Source: Craspedostauros australis | Lineage: Eukaryota | DNA length: 64,000 bases | Direction: 5' to 3' | Assembly: GCA_030167865.1 (NCBI GenBank) | Contig: JALAGF010002089.1 | Location: 1 to 64,000, forward strand | Shown here: positions 11,555 through 21,850 of the stretch, piece after piece | Position numbering within the stretch: position 1 is the stretch's first letter | How the letters are laid out: each line of letters begins with the position of its first letter | The notes under the pieces: model-generated | Seen by the model: the letters and a program-made list of their open reading frames with translations, nothing else | What the model was told of the DNA's origin: nothing | Databases searched by the model: none | Made by a program: the position numbers and the translations under genes

Positions 11555-12051
11555 TGTCGAAATGTGTGACATCAGTAATTCCCGATTGTACGGGACTGAA
11601 CCAAAATAGAGTACAGAAACAACAAATACCCCCCTACCGTAAACGTGGCAAGCGCATGATCGATCACTCCTGAGCGTTACAGGAGCACGTTACTTTTGGG
11701 ACTACGGGGAATTTCGACACCAACCAGTGTTTGCAAGTGGTCAGCCCTGTCATAATTTTGGCAGTGGATTTGACCGCTCATGCGACCTCGCTGCCAGACG
11801 CGGGAGTTGTTTGCGTGGCTGGTTCATCTTTTGGCGACGGAGATGGTGATGCGAAACTTCCTGGCCGCCTGGAAGCTTCTTGCCGCGCCGGTTTTTTGTG
11901 ACCACGGAATCAGACAAACGCCGTCGTCGCGGGATGAGACGAAAAGTTCAGGGCGCCAGGAAGTTTCCGCGGAACGATTGGCCCATGCAAACAGAATTGC
12001 GGAGTGTTCCGCGGTTTCTGATTGGTTCGACGATACGACCACTTCGAGCAA
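11555..12051 (+). other. Intergenic region with extensive nested self-complementarity (candidate structured RNA or decayed inverted-repeat element)
   Basis: Perfect 13-bp inverted repeat 11853-11865/11955-11967. It is enclosed by an 11-bp stem 11808-11818/11983-11993 (one G-U) and a 7-bp stem 11799-11805/12007-12013, with a side hairpin carrying a GCGA tetraloop at 11825-11845. Further complementarities: 11555-11563/11711-11719 and 11735-11742/12037-12044. The + strand is chosen because mismatches read as G-U pairs on it. Confidence 0.45.
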
Positions 12052-12395
12052 GGCCAAGAAGGTGGCAACGGAATTGTCTACAATGACGTTAAATTGACGT
12101 TAACGATGATGGCGCGAATCTCGCCACTCACAAAATGCAACCAAACGACGATCTCCCTGTTGAGAGAAACACAGCAGGCCTCGTCTTGGCGTGCAGTCGA
12201 GCAGAGCACGACCTTGGTGGAGCAGGTTCTATGTTATACTTTATGAGCTGCCATGCTATCCGACATGTGAGCAAGAACGCAGCACTACTGAGGTCTCATG
12301 GTATCTGATTCCGTGCTCGCATCGCCTTCGTGTTCGTGCCTGCCGGTGTCGTCCTGTCACTTCTGCTGTCGGAACTGCCGTCTCCGTCGCTGTCT

Positions 12396-15300
12396 CTAGT
12401 ACCGCTTCGATCCTCGCTGGACAGACTTGATTTGCGTCCAACCTTGCGTGCCCATGCCATCGCGCTGCGCAAGCTCAATTCGTTTCGTTGCACGCTGACC
12501 GACGGTGAGCGCAGCTGGGAGCACCTCCGTGATTGTCTTTTCTAACATGAAGAAAACAACATCCAGGGTCCGCAACGAAATGCGAACGAAGAAGCTGGGC
12601 TCCTTCTGTTCTTCTTCAACAGCGTCGGCACCAGAAGGAGCAGCGTTGGCAGCATTTTTGTATTCGTTGCCGGGTGCGGTGGAACCGCCGCCCATTGCCT
12701 TGTCGAAGTCGTCATCCGATACGACCTCGGCAACGACGCCTGATCCAGTGGATGATGCGGCAACAGTCTCCACACCGCTTGTTACCGTCATCGCGGTCAT
12801 TGTAGCGTCCACGATTGGCGTCCTGGTTGCAGCGACAGCATTCACGACGCTTGCGACCTTCGCTTGCACCGGTTCAGCCGGTACATTGGTGGGTTGCTCC
12901 ATGTTTGCCGCTGTTCCTGTTTCTGTTTCAGCTGCTATTCCTGTTGCTGATGTCGTTTCCATCACCGATTGCAATCCATCTGGAATGGCATCCACAACGT
13001 CAGCGATGACTTTCCTGACTGGCGTGCCTTCCTCCGGCTCTCTTGGCTTGCCCTGCATCGATTCATTCTGTGTGGTTCCGAATGGTTGTGCAGCCTGTCC
13101 GGTCGGCTCTGCTGGTGTCTGCGACACCCTCCGTGCTTTGATTTTTGCCAGTGTTTCGAATTGCGACTGAACGTCATCCAGCTGCAGAAGGAATGGCGTT
13201 GACACGTCGCCTGCTTGTGCTTTCGTGTCTTCGTCAACGTTGATCGACGCAATGAGGTAATCTCGCAGGTATTCGACAATGTCATGTGTGCTGTTCGCCT
13301 TTGCGGTTGCAACGACCTCATCGATCATTTCTCTCGCTTCGATGGTCGTATCGAGCCACCTCTCAATAGTCTCAACGCTGTTGCCTCCGCCACCAATACC
13401 GGGACTGTTGCCGCTGTCGATGACGATCTGCTTGTCCAGCTTGATGGTCGTTTGTGCGGAGATGAGGGAATCCATGATGCACTCCACCGATGCGATGTTC
13501 ATCGTCTTCAACGCGGTATCGTTGGAAAGGAGTCTTGGATCGAGCCATGTCGTGTCGGAGGACTCGATGCACATCTTCAATCTTTCCAAGACTCGATCAA
13601 TCGCTACTTGGGAGCGACGTTGTATGTCGCCAAGCTTAACATCAACATCCGGATCAGTGGCAAACTCCATAGATACGGTTGTTTCGCTAGATTCTGCTGC
13701 CGCCATCGCCACCGCTGCTGCTGGACTGGCTGTATCACTGGCCGGAATACCAGCAGCAGCGGCAGGAGCAGAAGCAGCGGCAGTCGCAGCATCGACAACA
13801 GCATCTGCAACAGTGGGAGCGGATGCTTCTGCCGATTTCTTTCCGGTGAGCCATGACAGAGGCGTGAAGCCATGTTCCACTTCAACTTTGCTGGATGCCG
13901 CCGCTGCCTCCCCTGGTGTCGATGGTGACGCATTGGACGCATTGGACGACGACTTGGATCCCAACGCAGGCAACCCATCCTTGCGGACCCCCTCAATGAG
14001 ACGCTGCGCACCTGCCTGCAATTGACGCGATGTGGCTGCCGCGCTCTCCCGCAGCTGCTTGCTGCGGAATCCTGGTTCATTGACCTCCGACTGCAGCTCA
14101 CGGCGCAGCTCGTATGCCGAATCCACGAGCGATCCAGTTGCCCGAGTTGCCTTCTGCGCGACATTCTCGCGTTCTTGCTTGAGCTTGGTCGCCTTGGTGC
14201 GTTCGTAGGCGCGTGCGAATCGTTCCGTTGAGGATGATTTGGATTTGTCCACCGTCGAGCGCAGTCCACGTCGGTCCGCGAAGGTTGGTCCCAAAGCCGG
14301 GCCATCCTGGCTGTGAACATTGAAGTTTGGGTTTGAGTTGTGATTGGCATCGAGGTTGACGTTGAGATTGAAGTTCATGCCGGTGCTGCTGGGACCGGCA
14401 TTCCTTCCGATGGTGGAGACACCGCCACCACCGGACCGGAAGATTTCACGGATCGATTCCGACACCGCGCGAATCTCGTCACCCGCTGTCGTCATGTCGT
14501 CCACGATGTCCTGCCTCGTACCTGGCATCGTCGTCGAAGAGGCAGCGTCATCCTTGAGCAGCCCACCGAGAAATACGACCGATCCCGTGGTGTTGGCCAT
14601 CTTGGAAAAGGAGCTTGAATTCCCCAGCTGAAGCTGCACCATCTTCTTGGTGGCCTTCGCTGCCGCTGGCAACGCGCGCTTGACGTCGCGCGCGGCGCGT
14701 TCAAAGGCGAAGAGACCGAGCGCACCCAGCAGCTGCGAATCGCGTTCCACTCGGTTGGAGACGAAAATCTTGGCGGATTCGACGATATCCTTTGCGTTGC
14801 GCTTGACGACGTTCCAGAGCTTGGTATCGGACAGCTTCTGCAGGAGCTTGGAGCTGAATTTGGAATCGCTGTTGTTGTTGTTGTCATCTTGAAAGGCCGA
14901 TGCGGATGTCTCGTTCCTGCTGGCGCTCTCCTTGCTGCGAATGCCGCGATCGAGGAGGCCGCGCAGGTTGGTCTCCTCCTTGACATTGAGCTTGTCATCT
15001 GCCAGCATGGCCTGCAGAACACGGGCGTCCACATCGGAAAGCACTGCTTCGTCACTGTCTTTGCCACTGTCGTTGTTGTTGGTTGCCGATGACGATGATG
15101 TCCTCTTTGCGCCGTTTGCAGAGGCGGCACCTGTCTTTGCCGACTCAGTGGTCGTCGACGATGATGGCCTGTTTGATGATGACAGGTGCAGCCTTGTGGA
15201 TGACTGCTGGTTGCCGCTTGTTCGTTGATGGTGCACATCCGCACATTGGTGCGCTGTTGCATGACCAACAGAGACAATCTGCGTGACCTTGCACATCCCG

Positions 15301-15563
15301 TCGACTTGCGCAGATGGCATTTGCGACCGTGGCTGTGTCATGCTGAATGCGCTGACATCGCCGACCAGATTCAGAGAAATCATGGCCAATACGAGGGGCA
15401 TCAGAGCAGGCAACAGCGCCTTCTTCCCGAATGGAAGGACGCTGTGAGCACCATCATCGCTGGCCATTTTCCTGCCGATGGATCGTCCCGATGGTGATGG
15501 CCACGGAGATGAAGGGAGCAGGCGTTCCTGCGGATTGCAACGTTCCGGGCTCAGATCCACCAT
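12396..15563 (-). CDS. Large, probably plastid-targeted protein of unknown function (up to 1055 aa)
   Basis: Single long ORF. Hydrophobic signal peptide ending ...LVGDVSA|FSM (ASAFAP-like) followed by an S/T-rich transit-like region. Helical blocks are separated by A/S/T-rich linkers, with an amphipathic C-terminal segment (FFVRISLRTLDVVFFMLEK). The start could be 15563 or 15467. Confidence 0.8.
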   Translation of the reverse strand: MVDLSPERCNPQERLLPSSPWPSPSGRSIGRKMASDDGAHSVLPFGKKALLPALMPLVLAMISLNLVGDVSAFSMTQPRSQMPSAQVDGMCKVTQIVSVGHATAHQCADVHHQRTSGNQQSSTRLHLSSSNRPSSSTTTESAKTGAASANGAKRTSSSSATNNNDSGKDSDEAVLSDVDARVLQAMLADDKLNVKEETNLRGLLDRGIRSKESASRNETSASAFQDDNNNNSDSKFSSKLLQKLSDTKLWNVVKRNAKDIVESAKIFVSNRVERDSQLLGALGLFAFERAARDVKRALPAAAKATKKMVQLQLGNSSSFSKMANTTGSVVFLGGLLKDDAASSTTMPGTRQDIVDDMTTAGDEIRAVSESIREIFRSGGGGVSTIGRNAGPSSTGMNFNLNVNLDANHNSNPNFNVHSQDGPALGPTFADRRGLRSTVDKSKSSSTERFARAYERTKATKLKQERENVAQKATRATGSLVDSAYELRRELQSEVNEPGFRSKQLRESAAATSRQLQAGAQRLIEGVRKDGLPALGSKSSSNASNASPSTPGEAAAASSKVEVEHGFTPLSWLTGKKSAEASAPTVADAVVDAATAAASAPAAAAGIPASDTASPAAAVAMAAAESSETTVSMEFATDPDVDVKLGDIQRRSQVAIDRVLERLKMCIESSDTTWLDPRLLSNDTALKTMNIASVECIMDSLISAQTTIKLDKQIVIDSGNSPGIGGGGNSVETIERWLDTTIEAREMIDEVVATAKANSTHDIVEYLRDYLIASINVDEDTKAQAGDVSTPFLLQLDDVQSQFETLAKIKARRVSQTPAEPTGQAAQPFGTTQNESMQGKPREPEEGTPVRKVIADVVDAIPDGLQSVMETTSATGIAAETETGTAANMEQPTNVPAEPVQAKVASVVNAVAATRTPIVDATMTAMTVTSGVETVAASSTGSGVVAEVVSDDDFDKAMGGGSTAPGNEYKNAANAAPSGADAVEEEQKEPSFFVRISLRTLDVVFFMLEKTITEVLPAALTVGQRATKRIELAQRDGMGTQGWTQIKSVQRGSKRY

Positions 15564-16682
15564 GGTGCCGTTCAGCCGTTCAGCCGTTCACACCTTTGGA
15601 AGATCTCTGTCAAGAACCACGCCTGATGTTGTATTCTATGGGGAGACCAGAGACGATGACCAAGCGATGTGTCGAGATTAGTGGACAGCTGTGACTGACG
15701 GATGTGATCGATGCTCCTTCCGATGCGTCTGATGAAGGAGGCTCACGTGGCACGATGTTGACAACGGCACGGATCGGGTATCGGCTTCACTGTTGTCGGA
15801 GTATGGTATGAGCAAGCGCGCTTTCGTTTCGGAGTAGCTGCCTCTTGATGTGTTCCGGACTGGGCGCGATCTGTTGGAAGATGTGAAACGATGCCGAGTG
15901 ACGCACAAGCAGATTGATGTCCGATGACGTGAGTTGCAAAGCCCGAGGACGGATCCGAGAGAGGAGCGATGGTTGCGGTTGTGTCTCTCTGCTTCGTTCG
16001 CCTCTCTGCGCAGGTGTCGTTGTTGACATCGAACAGATTGCGGTGACTGTCTGGGAAGATACGATTTCGTTTCTGTTGGCAGGATGTGACATGACTTGTG
16101 ACGCTCGACTCTATCCCGAGAGTGAATGTCACGATCTGATCATTCTCACGCTGGGGATAATTCGAACACAACACAGGAGTGTTTCGGTTACCATGTCCGA
16201 ACATCGGGTGTGCCTGTGCGTCGTTGTTGTTGTTTCAGAAGCCGTTCTGTCTGTGCGCCACTTTGACTTGCCACTTCGCGCACCACAAGCCAACGCGCTC
16301 GCGCAAGAACGCAAAGCACACAAACTTGAATCACGACAAGCGCAAATTCTTGTGCGTGGATTTTGCTGGCTGGCTTTGGTTCCAGTTCTGTTTCGGACAG
16401 ACCACTCCCCAATGATCGTTTCTAGGAGTTCGTTGTGTCGCATGAGATATGCATCGAATAATAACGACGTCGTTGAATGCACGTCCGGCGCGAAAAATGG
16501 GGGACGGTGCGGAGTGGTAACAGAAGCAGCCAGCACAACCCAACAAGTCTGCCGGTCACTCCAACAAGACGGGTGGCGCTGCCATTGAATTGTTTTGGTG
16601 TTGGCGTGATTCATCGTGGGTGATGTCACACGATCGTGTTTTGTGTTGCGTTTCTGCTGTTGTTTGGCTTCTCTTCTGCCTT

Positions 16683-16742
16683 GGTTGCTTGGCGCGGTGT
16701 GTCGCGCGGAGGTTGCTTGGCGCGGTGTGTCGCGCGGAGGTT
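16683..16742. repeat. Perfect 28-bp tandem duplication in a divergent promoter region
   Basis: GGTTGCTTGGCGCGGTGTGTCGCGCGGA at 16683-16710 and 16711-16738, plus GGTT. Confidence 0.95.
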
Positions 16743-17609
16743 ACCTGCGCGTCTTTGAGTAAATTTGGTCCGCGGACGTGCGCGAGTGAGTGCGGCGTCG
16801 TGTGTTGACGAAGATCCTGCCAGCCCGAGCTTGCCCCAACTCAAACATGCACATGCGCACTCCTGGCCAACACACACACACTCTCCAATCCCTCAAACCA
16901 AGCCGGGCCACACCAGATTGACCACACACCTTTCGGCTCCCTCCAACAGAGAAGGAGAGCTGGGCGATCACGGAGAGTGGATCAGGTCACAACTATTGGT
17001 GCACATCCCTCCACATCATACCACACTCGAGGTTGTGCTTGTGCTTGCACTTGTGCTTGGACAACACAGCAATAGATTAGTCAACAGACACCTCCACACA
17101 AGAAGACCACTCCAATCCACCCATCCAGCAGTGCTGCAGACAGAGAGATAGACCGAGAGCGGGGCGAAGCAACAACCCAGCGCAACACAGTTGGGTGGAA
17201 CAGAGTGCAGGTATTAGAACGCTCCTGTGTAAGTCAGCAAACCGCTCAGAACATGAGCCTGCATGCTGGTCGGTGCCTGTCTTCTCCACAAGTACCACCA
17301 CCAATCGAGTAGAGAACTCCCGCCGAGAGAGAGAGGGAGTGCCTCTGATTCTTCACATGTACGACAGCGACTTGTGCACATCATCCGTCACATCAAATCT
17401 CATCCCACGCTATCCTTCACCTCCTCAATCCTCGTTTTCAGCGTCTTCGTCTCTGCATCATCCATCGCAACATTCATTCATTCATCCATTCCACACTCTC
17501 CAAACTCCAGTCAACCCTCCCATCAAAGCCATAAGCGGAGAATAGCACCTGCACGACAACGGCGACGTCAACGACAGCGTCAACCTTGACGGAACCCCAG
17601 AGAAAGAAC

Positions 17610-19958
17610 ATGGTTCAAGCAACATCAACAGACAGCCCTGGTGCTGCATCAAAGCGCACATCTCCCAGAAGGTCTGCGCGCCAAAAGCACAGAACCGGGA
17701 TGAACAAACCCGAGGCGGTCACCCCGGAGTCTAGCAGTGGTGGCGGCAGCAGCAGCAAGAACGGGAACGGCCGCAACAACAGTCACAATCACAGAGGCAA
17801 GGCTTCCGAAGGCGAAACAGGGTTAGCGACGAACGCGGCAGGCGGCAACCAAACTGTGGACGATCCCGATCACAAGTCCAGACCGCCACCACTTCCGATT
17901 GACACGTCGGCGCAACCGGGTGCTCCTCATCAGAACACGACGGGGCAACCTATGGAGGACCTGCACGCCACGGACGGAAGCAAGCAACAGTACCCAATGC
18001 AACAACAGCCACCGCTGGACGGCACCATGCCGCCAGCGAACCAGCAGTATCAGAGCCAACAACCACCGCCTCTGCCGTTGCCAACTCATTACCCGTACCG
18101 TCATCCGCCACCATCGCACCGCATGGAGTACTCGACGCAGCACTTCGCGCCGCCGCCCCCATCACCTCGCATGCATAATCAGGTGTCCCCGTCGGCATCG
18201 GCTGATCCAACGCAGATGCCTCCTCCGGGCAGCCAATCTCCTGGACAGTATCCAAATCAACAATACCAACAGCCGTATCAGCCACCGCCACCCCAACCAG
18301 CATACGCCGATGGTGCCGCCTATGCCATGCCGATGCCAAAGGATCAGTCGCAAGATCCCAACTCTTCCGCCGTTGACAAGGACCTAACTGCCACACCTGT
18401 TGCCAATATGGAAGACAAGATCAATTATTCCGCTGGAGGTACCGTCATTCCCAATGCGAACAACCCCGCAGCGGGTGGCGCGCAACCACCATCAGCACCA
18501 CCATACGTCCCCTTGTCACCGTACACGGTGCCGCCAGCTGGTGGAGGGTACGCACCTTACGGAATGTATCCACCCTACGGTGGCTACAGCATGTACCCCC
18601 CGTATGGATACCCAGCTCATCCTCACCAGCCGTATTACGCGCCGCATCCTCATCACGCAGGCTATCCTCCGCCTCCGCAACACATGTACGCATCGCCGCA
18701 CGGGATGCACCCTCCTCCTCCAATGCATCACCAGCAGCCTCCACCGCATCACCCCACAAACCTCCCGCAGACGATGGCACCACCAGCGCAAACAGATGCA
18801 CTTCCGCAGGCGCACGACGACAAGGCGACCAACGAATCGATGCCACCAACCACCACCGGCTATTCCGAATCTACTGTCGGCGCTGGATCGTCGTCGTCTG
18901 GTGCCGGCATGGAGATGCTGTCGCCTCCCAGAGGTCAGCGCTATGATGCGCACATGCACTCGTCCTATCCACCACCCAGCCCGATGCCAGGCACGCCAAA
19001 CGCACCATCGTACTCTCTCGCCATCCCACCACCGTCGTACTACCCATCACCGGCGCTGTCTCCAAACCCAACCGGATATCCGATGGCATCACATCAGCCG
19101 AGCCCTTATTCGGCCGCGCTGACTACTGAGCCACCGACAGTGCCTGAGACGGAGACGGAGACCGAGGATGGTGGCAACAACAAACCCATACCCATTGCTC
19201 CGCACACCCACCATGCGCAGCCGCGAATGGAACCGCGAGGCCAGATCGACGCCGAAAGCTCCGACGTCGCCCCGAGCCGCGTTCGGGTCTACGTCAAGCC
19301 CAACCGCACGGCGTCGACCGAAGTACTCGCCAGACGAGCGCGCAAGAATTCGCAATCACGAGCCCGATCGGAACGCAACCGTCACCGCATCCACGAAATC
19401 GAGGCCAAGCCGCACAGCCAACGCACAGAGGCGGAAAACGATGCGGTGCAGGCCTACCAGAGGCGTCGCAATAAAAAGAACAGCCGATCCAAGGAACGAG
19501 CTCTCGAACGCAAGGAGGAGGTCGATCGCATCCTCTCTCTGCCCGAGAGCAAGCGCACGCGCATCGAGATTCAGTTCCTGGAGACCGCGCTGGCCGCCAA
19601 GAAACGCAAGAACGAAGGCGATCGGTTGCGCCGGTCTCGTCTCAAGATGCTGGGGCTGGGTAGTAGCAGCACTAAAGTCAGTGCCGTCCCAAAGCCCGGC
19701 ATGACAGCCCGGGGCCCGCTGCCTGCGCACTTCCAGGGCTATCCACCGCAACAACTTGGTGTCGAGGACGGAATGCAGCCGCCTCCTCCAGCTCCCTACT
19801 ACGCTCACATGTCTCCGTACATGCAACCACCGCCACCACCTGGATATGGCGCGTACGGCCCCCCTGCCATGCCGACTGCTGGAGCGCAAGCTGAACTTCC
19901 TCCGCAGTCACCAGGACAAGGCAGCGGCGGTGCACCGATGGGCACGTACGGTATGTAG
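17610..19958 (+). CDS. Pro/Tyr/Gln-rich protein with a C-terminal basic 44-aa repeat domain; putative nucleic-acid-binding regulator
   Basis: 782-aa ORF from ATG 17610. Long PPPY/YPP low-complexity region, then R/K-rich helices starting with KN at 19344, 19476 and 19608 (132-nt spacing). Confidence 0.8.
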   Translation: MVQATSTDSPGAASKRTSPRRSARQKHRTGMNKPEAVTPESSSGGGSSSKNGNGRNNSHNHRGKASEGETGLATNAAGGNQTVDDPDHKSRPPPLPIDTSAQPGAPHQNTTGQPMEDLHATDGSKQQYPMQQQPPLDGTMPPANQQYQSQQPPPLPLPTHYPYRHPPPSHRMEYSTQHFAPPPPSPRMHNQVSPSASADPTQMPPPGSQSPGQYPNQQYQQPYQPPPPQPAYADGAAYAMPMPKDQSQDPNSSAVDKDLTATPVANMEDKINYSAGGTVIPNANNPAAGGAQPPSAPPYVPLSPYTVPPAGGGYAPYGMYPPYGGYSMYPPYGYPAHPHQPYYAPHPHHAGYPPPPQHMYASPHGMHPPPPMHHQQPPPHHPTNLPQTMAPPAQTDALPQAHDDKATNESMPPTTTGYSESTVGAGSSSSGAGMEMLSPPRGQRYDAHMHSSYPPPSPMPGTPNAPSYSLAIPPPSYYPSPALSPNPTGYPMASHQPSPYSAALTTEPPTVPETETETEDGGNNKPIPIAPHTHHAQPRMEPRGQIDAESSDVAPSRVRVYVKPNRTASTEVLARRARKNSQSRARSERNRHRIHEIEAKPHSQRTEAENDAVQAYQRRRNKKNSRSKERALERKEEVDRILSLPESKRTRIEIQFLETALAAKKRKNEGDRLRRSRLKMLGLGSSSTKVSAVPKPGMTARGPLPAHFQGYPPQQLGVEDGMQPPPPAPYYAHMSPYMQPPPPPGYGAYGPPAMPTAGAQAELPPQSPGQGSGGAPMGTYGM

Positions 19959-20825
19959 AATTATTGAGGAGGAAGAATGAAGTTTGGGAGGGAGGGAAGA
20001 AGATGGATTGACCAATCGATTGATCGTCGGTGCAAGTCACAGTCGGGGGAAGGATTGAAATGGCACGGAACAACGGATTCGTCTTTCCGTACTACGAGTA
20101 GTGTGCGTGTGAGGGGACTGTTTGGAAGAGTGGAGTGAAGTGAAGTGTATTTGTCAAAGTATCGTTGGATGGTTCTTTGTTGAGATGAAGGGGCGCAAAG
20201 GAAACGGCATCCGGACCGAAACGAAGTGAAATCGTCTCGTCCTGGATGCGCCCGTGCGAATGGGGGATATGGGATAAACTCAACTGGTAAAGCTTGTGAA
20301 TGAATCTCTTGAGAGAAAGAGTGCTCTTGTGCAGAGAATTCATGAAGCACTTGTAGTTCAAAATGCAGCGGAGTGCAACCGTTGACGGAATCAGTGTGTT
20401 CTGGGCCACATCTTGACACCAAGCATGCTCGATCAGGGTAACCGTCTTAGCTGTTGCTGTTGCTCCTGCGTGCTTCAGATCTACTCGTATGCACCCATCT
20501 CGAGAGAACAAAAACGTGGTTTACTCAACGTTACTTTGCCTGGCTCTAGATCTCATGTCTCTAGCCTGATGGATACTTGACTCCGTTCCATCGAATCACG
20601 CGGGATTCAAGTCTGTCAACGATCGCAAATCAACAACAACACGCAACACACAACACGCCCTAAACGACAACTCGATCAAAGCCATCCAAACACAAACAGA
20701 GGCAAGGTGATACTGTCCACAGTGTGTGTTCGTCACAGACAAGATCCCATTCTCCATCACTGTGGTTGCATCACCGTCGTTGCCACATCCATTACACCCA
20801 TTTATCATCGCGATAGATCGACATC

Positions 20826-21656
20826 ATGTCGCTCGCAGGTCGATACGTGATTGACAGGGTGAAACGGTTCATCGGCAAAAGCTACAAGCTGCCCGTGCCA
20901 CCGTACGGCGATCCAGGATACTGGGATCGGGCGTACAAATCGTTTGGCCCGCACGATTCGTATGAATGGGGCAACATCTCGCTGTCAGGCTTGAAGGAGT
21001 TCAAGTACACCAACATCGACTGGAACAACGCGCTGTATCCCAATTCCACGATCGTGCAGAACGCGGACGCCAAGTACGATGGCAGTCTGGGCGAATGCAT
21101 GGGCGTAAAACCGAAGGCCAGCAAGGACCAGCCCATCCTGATGCTGGGATGCGGCAACAGCAAGTTGGGGGAGGAGATGATCATCGACGGCGGCTGGAGA
21201 GGTCCCCTCATTCAGGTCGACGTCTCGGGTCGCGTCGTCGAGGCCATGTCGCAGCGATGCGGCCATCTCATTGAGAACGGCCACATGAACTTCGTGGAGG
21301 ACGATGCGACGCAACTGTCGGCCTTCCCCGATGGCATGTTCGACGCCTGCATCGACAAGGGCATGATCGATGCCGTCTTTTGCGCCGACGAATACGAGCA
21401 GTGCGAGGCCATGCTGTCCAGCGTGCATCGAGTGTTGAAGCCGGGCGGAAACTTCGTCTTCCTCTCCTTCTCGCGACCGGAGTTTCTGCTGCAAAACATC
21501 TTCATGGCGAATGGAGACGGTGCCGCGAGCAGAAGGCGTCGTCCCGAGTGGGAGAGGATGCACATTTACGGTTTGGACAGCATCATGATCTATCGTTTCC
21601 AAAAGCCCGTGAAGGCGCGAGCCCAGACGATCGGTCGCAAGAAGAGGATAAGGTAG
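20826..21656 (+). CDS. Class I SAM-dependent methyltransferase, EEF1AKMT4/METTL13-N-like
   Basis: YGDPGYWDRAY...SYEW N-terminal signature, motif I ILMLGCGNSKLG, VDVS, DATQL, FDACIDKGMIDAV, VHRVLKPGG. Confidence 0.85.
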   Translation: MSLAGRYVIDRVKRFIGKSYKLPVPPYGDPGYWDRAYKSFGPHDSYEWGNISLSGLKEFKYTNIDWNNALYPNSTIVQNADAKYDGSLGECMGVKPKASKDQPILMLGCGNSKLGEEMIIDGGWRGPLIQVDVSGRVVEAMSQRCGHLIENGHMNFVEDDATQLSAFPDGMFDACIDKGMIDAVFCADEYEQCEAMLSSVHRVLKPGGNFVFLSFSRPEFLLQNIFMANGDGAASRRRRPEWERMHIYGLDSIMIYRFQKPVKARAQTIGRKKRIR

Positions 21657-21850
21657 ATCAGCTGTGTTTCGTGAATTAACACGATGCTATACTCCATCGT
21701 GGCGTTTGTGATGATGCTTTGGCCTTGCGATTCACTTGGTTTCCTTCCTTGTTGTGTGTTGTTGTATCGTTTGGCCACGAGTTGAGGCACCTCTCCACCA
21801 ATCCAAACACTTTGGATTATCTGTTGTTGTGTCTTGCTGTCTGCTCTGCT

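Noticed and set aside
10780-11673. 297-aa + strand ORF
   Set aside because: Non-ATG start, S/R/C-rich composition typical of non-coding frames, and no motif.
11555-12051. Specific assignment of the structured region as U3 snoRNA, RNase MRP/P, U1/U4, SRP, telomerase RNA, TPP riboswitch or group I intron
   Set aside because: Only partial look-alikes (CTCCTGAGCGT, AATTTTG Sm-like site, minus-strand GAAATTCCCCG, TACCCCCCTACC). The other obligatory boxes are missing, there is no TTAGGG-type template, and internal T runs argue against one long Pol III transcript. Left unassigned.
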